A DNA stretch of 59,194 nt, the filler included, from Sphacelaria rigidula (taxonomy: Eukaryota): the NCBI GenBank assembly GCA_964200075.2. It is 10 parts of 10 records of this genome, joined end to end, with 100 filler letters (N's around TTAATTAATTAA, not from the genome) between each part and the next. Parts side by side here need not be neighbours in the genome. Positions count along the whole stretch, not along the records: positions 47,437 to 53,265 come from CAXNAA020024136.1; positions 53,366 to 59,194 come from CAXNAA020024137.1; 8 more parts are not named here. The stretch is one strand, 5' to 3'. The notes beneath the pieces are model-generated. The model was not told where the DNA came from and ran no database searches. It saw only the letters and a list, made by a program, of their open reading frames with translations. The translations under genes and the position numbers were made by a program. Positions 50,601 through 59,194 of this stretch are shown here, in pieces; position 1 is the first letter of the stretch; each line of letters begins with the position of its first letter.

Positions 50601-53012
50601 CACCGTTTCGCCGCTGACCAGACGAGATGCGTTGTGGCGAGACGCCTCCGAGGTTCTCGGGCAGGGACCGCTCCGCAGAACAGTCGCGGAGGCGATAATC
50701 TCGAGAGCTAGCGGTCGCGGCTAAGGCGCGGCTCCGTACGCGTGTATACGGCTGTTGTGGGTGCGTTTCCAAAAATCCACGCCGAGGACCTGAATCTTCC
50801 GCAGTGGCCCTCCCAGTCAACGCCCCGCTCACCGCATTGGTTGTCCAACCACTCACACCCCCGCTCTTTACTCCCGCCATCCTCGTGCTATCCGCAGAGC
50901 GAGCAGTAGCCGAAGCACCAGCCAGCGCCAAACCGTGATCGTGGAAATCCCTTCGGGCGTCCGACTGAGCATCGTCTCTACGGAGGCACGTCGCCAGGTC
51001 CAGCTGGTCCCCGCAGGTGTCCTCGCGCGACTGCTCCCACGAACCCACCGGCGGTGGGGGTGGCGATGGTGAAACAGGAGGGTCTCTTCTTGACATGGGA
51101 CGAGCAGCTTCACTTCTACCTCGCCGTCCACCTCGTGCACTCCCCCCATCTTCATGTCTCGAGCTCCAGCCATCAATGGGCAGGGCCCCCGCATTCACAT
51201 GAGATTCTTTCTGTGCACGACGTCGCCCGTCGCTTCTCAAGCCATTGGAGTTGTAGGAAGTCGCTGTCCGAGCGTTGCCGCTGCTACCACCCTCACGAGC
51301 TCCGTTGCTAACGCCCTGGCTGCTGCTGCTATTGATTGTGCTAACGTCTCTTGATTTCGGACGCTGAGGATACGAGGCAGCCATCCATCCATCAAAGTTC
51401 ACACCTCGGCCGCCGCCGCCGCCATCGTATCCCCGGCCCCCGCCGTCGCCCCCGCCGCCGGCGCAGGATCTCGCAACCGTGGTGGCCGCCGCGGCACTCT
51501 GCGTATCGATAGATCGTGTTTGTTGCCGTTTCGTTGAGGCGTCAGAAGCTGTAGCAGCGGCGGTAGAAGAAGCAGAACAGCGCCGCGGCGATATGAGGCC
51601 CGGCCCTGCCACGTCGCGGTCGATGAGATTTTGATAATGGTCATCCGCAACGGCCGGTCTCGTGTCTGAAGGATCACGATCGTGGTAATGATTTCGATGA
51701 TGAACATCACCACATCTATCCTCAACAGCGAAGGCGCCGTCGCCACCAAGCGAGGGGAGAGTGCGTGCGCGTCCCCGGCTGCCCGCGGAATCCATCCATC
51801 CCAGCTGGACCGACGCTGGGCGCGGATGGTGGAGACTGTTGCCGAAAGACAAACTACCACGAAGATCATCCGTTGTCACAGCGGCTGGAAATTCATCGTC
51901 GGCCGTAGCCGCGCGCCTGCGGCCGTCACAGGACTTGGCAACCATTGTCGGGCTTACTCCGCGTTCCTCATCGCTATCCCGCCGCCGACCACCACCCCGT
52001 CGATCGCCTATTTCTACAAGTCGACGCTCTAGTAGCCTCCCTCCCGAAGCAGACTCTATCGCCCTAGACGCAAAGACCATATCGCCACTGTCGTGCAAAT
52101 ACCGTTCGCGACGGTCATACGTGGTGTAATCCAGGGGCTCACTGTGATGACGGCCTCGATCTGGATCCGGCAAGATTTGCTGTGTACTACCCCGCGCCTC
52201 GCCTCCCAGTCTGCTGTCTTCCCTGCCGCCGCCTCTGTCAGAAAAATCACGAGCGCGACTTGTGGCGTAGTAGTCACTCATGCCGGTGGTGTCCGTTGGC
52301 CCGTTATCACGATGTCGCTGGTAGTCACGCTCTTGCCTGTGTACACCCGATGGGTACCGCAGATCCAGCGAGTTCAGTCTCAACTGTTCGCTCCTCGACA
52401 TCAAACTGCCATCCCCGACACCCGAGTAGCGGTTGACGGTACCGCCACCATCCTCATCACCATGTTGCAACAGCAGCGATGCCGCCACAGGGTGTGCAAA
52501 GAAATCTCCTCGGCGGAAGTAGGAATGGTCGATTTCAGCCCCGTAGCCCCGACTAATGTCCGTTCGGCCACGCTCATGCCGTCCAGTTCCTCCACCTGTC
52601 CGCGGTTGCCCAGGTAAGACGGCCGATGATGGGATCGAGGGATCGCAACTGGCCCGACCAGCCGGAAGGAGATCGTCCTCGTCAGCGACAGCGGCGGCGG
52701 CGGCGGCGGTAGGGGAAGGCACATACGGTAGAAGGTGGTGTGCCGACCGTCCTCCAAGGCTTCCCCCGCTGAACATGGCACCTGCACGATCTCGTCGACT
52801 TTCAACACCCGGCATCACATAAAAACCATTGCTGTCATGATGGCTTCGTGTAAAAGACGGTCTGCCAGCGAGAGCATCGCCGATGCCGCCGTCGCTGCCG
52901 CCGTCCCCCCGGTCGCCGCATATTGCGTCATTATCTAACCCCCCGTCGGCGAAGCCAGTGCCGTACCCAGAATGATAGTTCCCGACCCCTGCTCCGGCAA
53001 GCGGACTCCCCC
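47650..53012 (-). CDS. Very large exon of a low-complexity/disordered protein with an AT-hook motif
   Basis: Uninterrupted ~1790-codon GC-rich ORF; acceptor catacag| at 53013; KRGRGRPR near 48220. It ends at the stop (47650) or at a donor gaag|gtgagg at 47772. No globular domain is recognisable. Confidence 0.85.
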
Positions 53013-53142
53013 CTGTATGCAAGGGTGAGCATAATTACACCCAGTTAAATCACCAGATGGTGAAATAATTCCAGATGAAGAGCAGATAGCTCATGCAATC
53101 CTTCGTACACCAAATCTCTCGGACGATTAATCTTGTACTTTG

Positions 53143-53198
<56 letters not shown>

Positions 53199-53425
53199 CA
53201 CCCACACCAATCCCCCCTCCCCCTCTCTTCGCTCCGCGTCCTTGTATGCCTTTGCCACGCACAGCNNNNNNNNNNNNNNNNNNNNNNNNNNNNNNNNNNN
53301 NNNNNNNNNTTAATTAATTAANNNNNNNNNNNNNNNNNNNNNNNNNNNNNNNNNNNNNNNNNNNNCTGACCGGGTGAAGCAAAAAAAAAAAAAGAACCAC
53401 ACACACCCCTGCTGTGGTTGTGGGG

Positions 53426-53470
<45 letters not shown>

Positions 53471-54089
53471 ACTGGCGTGCACTTGGTAGCGACCCTGGAA
53501 AAGATTATGGTCGGGAGCAGCGGGCTTTCATGCGATCAGGGTGTGGAGTCAGCCCCGCGTCGTTTTAGAGTAGACACGTGCTCGATACACCTACTCGACT
53601 TGACTTCATTCTTAGCAGGGAGGGATACGTGACACGTGACGTTTTAGCGTGAAATATTTGAAAACACGTAACTTTGGGTCATTTAACGCTACGTAAGATT
53701 TGATTCTTTGGATGGGACATATGTAACGTAACGTGTGGTCCTTCGCATGAACCCTAACATTGCGTTATACTTTCCAAATGTGACGAAAACTCTGCTTGTT
53801 TTCGTGAAAATGTAACGTATCACGTGTCACGTTAAAAATTCACCAAAAAGAGCCTTTTTTTTAACATGTGGAAAACACCAAGAGACACTGCTTCAAGGTC
53901 CACATGTTACATCACGTTACGTTGCATTTTTTTCGTCCAAACAATCAAACCTTACGTAGCGTTCAAGGGCCCAAATTTCTGTTTTTTTCCGTTATTTTCA
54001 AACGTGTCACGTATCCCTCCCTGTTTTTTTGTCACGAAGAATGCAGCTCAACAGGTACTGTATACACGTCGGGCTGCTTAAAGCGGAGG

Positions 54090-54720
54090 TAGTAGACGTT
54101 CCGCTGCACGGGCGTGCCACGTGGACCTTGCGTTCTTAGGACTCCGACAGTCTGCGCACTGCCTATCACAACCTTCAGCTATGAGTGGTTAACTTCCGCA
54201 GGAAAGATCGAACATGCTACAAGACTTTCGTACAGAGTTTTGCTCGACGTGACCTACTGCCAACGCATCGAGACGACTATCTGCAAACGTCAGCTCGGGT
54301 TCGCGGGAGCCCATGCCCGGCGGGACAAAATACGCCTTCCCGAACGTATTATGCACGGACGGGAAGCCGCACAAGGGCCCAAGGAGGCTGGTCGCCCCGC
54401 CATACACTGCGGAGACAACTCTCAAGACAAGCTACGGGCACTAGGGACTTTTCCACGCAATGGAGCGCGACAGAAATGGTTCTTCTACGGTGTAGAGGTT
54501 TTACAACGCACGAGATTGGGTCACCGCGGCGAAGAACATGGGCAAATGGTCTCTTGGTCGAAAAAGGGGTGGAAGAGATCGAGGACACGTGGCGACGCGA
54601 AGACAAACAAGAATCGTACCGTCGTCACAAACGATAGGTTGCTACGTCGGTGTCGCAAATCGGAGAACTATGCTCGCCAGCACAACATCAACAGCTCGCG
54701 AGATACCCCGCAATGTACGC
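54090..54720 (+). mobile_element. RTE-like LINE ORF2 3' fragment
   Basis: LSYRVLL...IETTICKRQLGFAGAHARRDKIRLPERIMHGR...GPKEAGRP...D....L matches the RTE-clade C-terminal pattern R.L...GH..R....RLP..I..G....G.R..GRP. Confidence 0.8.
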
Positions 54721-56395
54721 GACTAGGGATAAAAGCGAGAAAATGGGCCAACACGGAAGCTGATGTACCCCTGTTTTTTCCTCCAGGCTGTTGATTTTGT
54801 CCTCGGTCGGTGGCCTTGCGGTGCTCCCATTGCACGCTTGTACCGATCATGCTAGTATAATTTCAAGCACAATTCCAACTTGATAGCACAAAAGACGTGG
54901 TGTTCCGGTGAGGAGCACAAATGGCACAGGACTTGAGCCAGTAGCATTCGAAGGGCAATATCCATATTACTGGCATAATCGAGCATAATTTTCCATCGTA
55001 GGGCTGGTAAGCTAGCCTACATGCTCAATTTTTGTTTCCATGTTTTGGCCGAAAAGCTGCGATTGATCGGGGGTCTTGAATGAATAAGTACGATTGTGTA
55101 CTAATGAAATTGATTATAAATATTAGTACAATCAATTTTGTAATATCTATATATCGGTTTGTCCGGTCGAAAATGGCATCGTTGTTGGGACACATGGAGC
55201 ATAATCAAGCGTGATGTCGACGTGGCAAGGATAAATCGAGCATAATATCCACTTTACGAGCAACGCTTTCGGTAAGATTACAAGCAGAAGAAGACGATTT
55301 CGTTAGCATAATCGGTACAAGCCTAGGTGCTCCCTGGTGTGCGCTTGTACCTGCTCTACTGTCCTCTTGTGCGGGTTTCGTCATTTCTGTAGGTTCCTCT
55401 GCCCCATGTATTTCCCCACCATCGCCTCGTGTATGTTCTTTCCTCTCGGTGTATGCAAGTAGCCGTTCGATGCCTCGCTTCCGTAGGGTTCATGGATGAG
55501 AGTTCCTACCGGAAATAGTGAGGTCGAAGCTGATGAGCCGCAATCTGTCCTCATGGCTTTTTCTTGTTTTTCACAATCGGGTACGTGGCATGACCCATGT
55601 TTTTTCGCGCAAGACCCCTTTGACTGCATGTCCCAGAGTCCGGCCATACTTATATCTGGATCTACTCTATCTTTTTAACCTTTCTGATTTCTTCACTTTT
55701 CTTCAGCGAGTGATTCCATTTTATCTTTCCTCTCGGGCACGTCTATAATGCAATCATGGCTAGATCCCTGGGGGTTCAGTCGAGGTGCGACAATCAACCA
55801 ATCAAGCGGTCGATCAACATGTCTAAATGCTCCACTGAGTGGTGGAATGAAAACCTTGCCTGCTGTGGGCTACATTACAGCATTTTAACGGTGTAGTACG
55901 GTACGTACAAGCCGAGATGCTGTCGAGGGGAAGAGGGGTCAGGAAGCTACCGAATGAAAAAACACGTCCAGCCGGTAAAACCGAATCACGGCTTTGTACG
56001 TTACCGGCTTGTACCCTTAGCGGTCTCTCAACATTCAGCTGATGAGTTTGTCAAGGGCGCGTATTTCGAGACCTGCTGTGGAAAGGCTGCCGAAACCTGG
56101 TGTCGTCGCAACGTTCTTGTCGAGTCTTGTGACTCAAGTGTAAAAAGAATCTCAACGGAGTGCCGATTCTGCGCGCGTTCATCTTCATGTGTACGGTAGA
56201 GGTCGAAGTACTCATCATCGGGGGTGTTATTCCGCGTGGCCGGCAGTCGGTGTTGTGCTCCGTCACAGAACAGTGCCCGTTGGAGAACACAAAAATCTAT
56301 AACGGCTTGTTTGTTCACTAGCCACGAGCAGTTTAAAATTTTCACGAATTTTACAGCCAATTTTACAGCCGAACGTGCTGTGAAATTCTGCTTAC

Positions 56396-56560
56396 CTTGA
56401 CAAATTTCCCGATCACAATTCCCTTCTTGAGGGCGGCGCGGAACTGGTGTTGCGCGAACTTGTTGGCCACCTCGGGGTGGGATGCCACCATGTACTTCTT
56501 GATGGCCGGCATACTGGAGCCGTTCCGCTCTCTGAGATTCTTAATGGCTTCGAAGACCAT
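56396..56560 (-). CDS. H1: Histone H1, exon 2 (globular domain); later exons not found in this contig
   Basis: tttacag|ATG..GTC AAG|gtaagc; MVFEAIKNLRERNGSSMPAIKKYMVASHPE...FRAALKKGIVIGKFVK is a linker-histone H15 domain. Confidence 0.92.
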
Positions 56561-56861
56561 CTGTAAATGGACCGCAGGGTGTAACGTGGAACATGGGAAA
56601 AGCCGTGTCATCAGTATGCCATACGGTACATCACAATTCCACACGTGAGATGGAGGATATCTACCCTACTGCACACATCCTGTGGGTTTAGAGGCAGGTG
56701 GTGGCTGTCGGTGTTCCGCCGTGCTGACTCAGAGGGGGGGGGAGGGCAAAGCATGGGGTTGTTCATTTCAACGATGATTGTCCGTAAAGGTTCCTTGCTA
56801 TATTTTCGTCGCAAGAGACAAAGAGCGCCGACAAACCTGCCTGACATCTAATCACGCCTAC

Positions 56862-56879
56862 CTCATTGTAGGAAGGCAT
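56862..56879 (-). CDS. H1: Histone H1, coding exon 1 (MPSYNE)
   Basis: accATG CCT TCC TAC AAT GAG|gtaggc; splices in phase 0 to give PSYNEMVFEAI, the start of the H15 winged-helix domain. Confidence 0.85.
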
Positions 56880-57611
<732 letters not shown>

Positions 57612-57690
57612 GCTGGACATCTCTAGCGTCCTCTTGATCAGCCTGGGTCTGAGTACTTTTCGCGCTCGCAACCCCCCTCCAGCGAAACCC

Positions 57691-57709
57691 TGGTGTTTAC
57701 TCAACACCA
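57691..57709 (+). terminator. Histone 3' UTR stem-loop
   Basis: TGGTGTT-TACTC-AACACCA hairpin 80 nt after the H3 stop, preceded by AAACCC and followed by CCC, as for histone mRNA 3'-end stem-loops. Confidence 0.75.
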
Positions 57710-58954
57710 CCCTCCTCGCGAAGAAAATGGCCCCGCACGTCGCATCAACAAATGCTCAGTGAGCTACACGTTCGACGGAATGTTCAACTATGTTCTGTAC
57801 TGACTTCAACTGGCAATTTCAAGCGAGAATTTGCGATTGTTTCGCCCGTGTTGCTGTGCCACAAAACTCGTACACTTTTGAAACATATTTTAAACAGCAC
57901 AGGCGGGGAGAACCGCACGTCCACACACCCAGTCTTGGATCATTGATTGCTCGATAAAACTAGTTCAAGTGCGGAACGTTTCACCCCGTGCAAGTCTGTG
58001 TACCTCTCGTGCTGTTCTTCCGAAATCGAGTACAAATTTGTATTTTGTCCCCGGGATTGCAGCTGCACAGCGGTCACGTGACGATTGTTTCCGTTATATA
58101 TAGACATCAGTACCGTATATATAATATGATGTCTTGTGGTGGTATATGATCGGCTCAGTCGGTATTGCGAGAACAGAAAACAGTGCGCGAGCAGAGTTCA
58201 AAAGTGCAGTGCCACACTCCATCCCCCAGGCACAGCGACAACAGCTAGTAGAGTAAAGTAGCGTTCGTTAAAGTGGTACACATATATGGCAGCGCAGCGC
58301 AGTGTAAAATATTACTATCGCCGTAGGGTATGGCGTCAGCTCTTATTATCCGCTTGTCAAATCCCGTGCGAAGTTGCTTCAGCAGCCGGGGGCGGCAGTA
58401 CGCACGCCCGGTGCTGTCACGAGACTGTCTTCAGCTGCCGTTGCAAAAATATCAAACGCCTCGTACTCTCGGACTGTAGGTCAATGCACGTACGTCACCT
58501 CAAAAAAATCGAGGGAAACCGTTCCGAGATCGTGACCCCTCGTTTTTTTCGGCCCCGATTTGGTCCGAATGCGTGTGCATAAAATGCGTTCCCCGATTTT
58601 TTTTCCCCCCGATTCGAAAAAATCAAGATTCGTGCTTGCCATAAAGGTGGGTCTTACTGTTTGGACGGCACTTTGATCCCACCCCAGCTCTGTGTAGACC
58701 GAAACACGGCACGCAGCAGCACAACTGCTCAGGCACTCTCCAGCGCACATCGCACTACTATAACCATCGTACAGTAGAGTGTTTGGATGCACAACAGCAC
58801 AGCGACAACTACAGCACAAAAGTCATGTGTTTGGGAAGCGCCTTGTCCGCTTGACTCGAGGTGAAACAGCCAACACACCATGAAGGTTTCACGGTTAGGA
58901 CGAATCATTACGGGTTTGTATCACCAAATCCACGATTTCTTTGGCCTGATTGCC

Positions 58955-59150
58955 CAAAACAGCGGATCATCTACGTTGAGGATGGAGATTTTCATTGAGG
59001 AGGAGAACCCGGAGGATTAAAATCTTTGTATCGACAACAAGTCTTCGAAATGCGGTGCCATTCCTTTACCTACTGGTAGCTGTTGACAAGTACTACACGT
59101 CACACAAATTTGGATGTCAATTACCGAAATATTGGGATCCCAAATGAAGA
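58955..59150 (+). pseudogene. Repeat shared with 35410-35478; possible piggyBac-like transposase remnant
   Basis: AACAGC.GATCATCTA.GTTGAGGATGG...TTTTCATTGAGGA.GAGAACCCGGAGGATTA occurs in two contigs. A downstream frame reads LLVAVDKYYTSHKF, resembling piggyBac DN(Y/F)(Y/F)TS. Confidence 0.3.
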
Positions 59151-59194
59151 AACAATTTCGGGGAATTTCGGCGATCCGATCGGATCACCTGAAT

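Noticed and set aside
47696..52617. Long + strand ORFs (331, 303, 333 aa and others)
   Set aside because: Antisense shadows of the GC-rich 1790-codon minus-strand ORF.
53144..53470. Poly-C/poly-G tracts as poly-Pro/poly-Gly coding or designed G4 switches
   Set aside because: Homopolymers are ubiquitous in these introns and lie near contig breaks, so their lengths are unreliable.

Overview
Eukaryotic, repeat-rich genomic DNA, most likely from a brown alga (Phaeophyceae). This assignment is inferred from the H3 sequence ending -GERS, short exons separated by kb-scale GT-AG introns and the repeat landscape; it is not proven. The window is not contiguous: it holds ten unrelated contigs of 5829-5830 bp joined by nine identical 100-nt spacers (N44-TTAATTAATTAA-N44), so adjacency across a spacer means nothing. 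Supportable genes are a complete intronless histone H3 with a 3' stem-loop, head-to-head with the first two exons of a histone H1; four in-phase exons of a Kelch-repeat protein; two homologous 115-nt DUF599-like exons (candidate mutually exclusive exons); and a ~5.2 kb single exon encoding a disordered AT-hook protein. Mobile DNA includes decayed LINE/RTE, Ty3/Gypsy and pogo-like elements, several MITEs/foldbacks, a modular poly-G-headed repeat family and minisatellites. The most unexplained signal is a cryptic ~3 kb array of about 35 highly diverged ~88-bp units at 8370-11450 that the ORF track does not reveal. No rRNA, tRNA or CRISPR array was found. Most short ORFs in the track are spurious.
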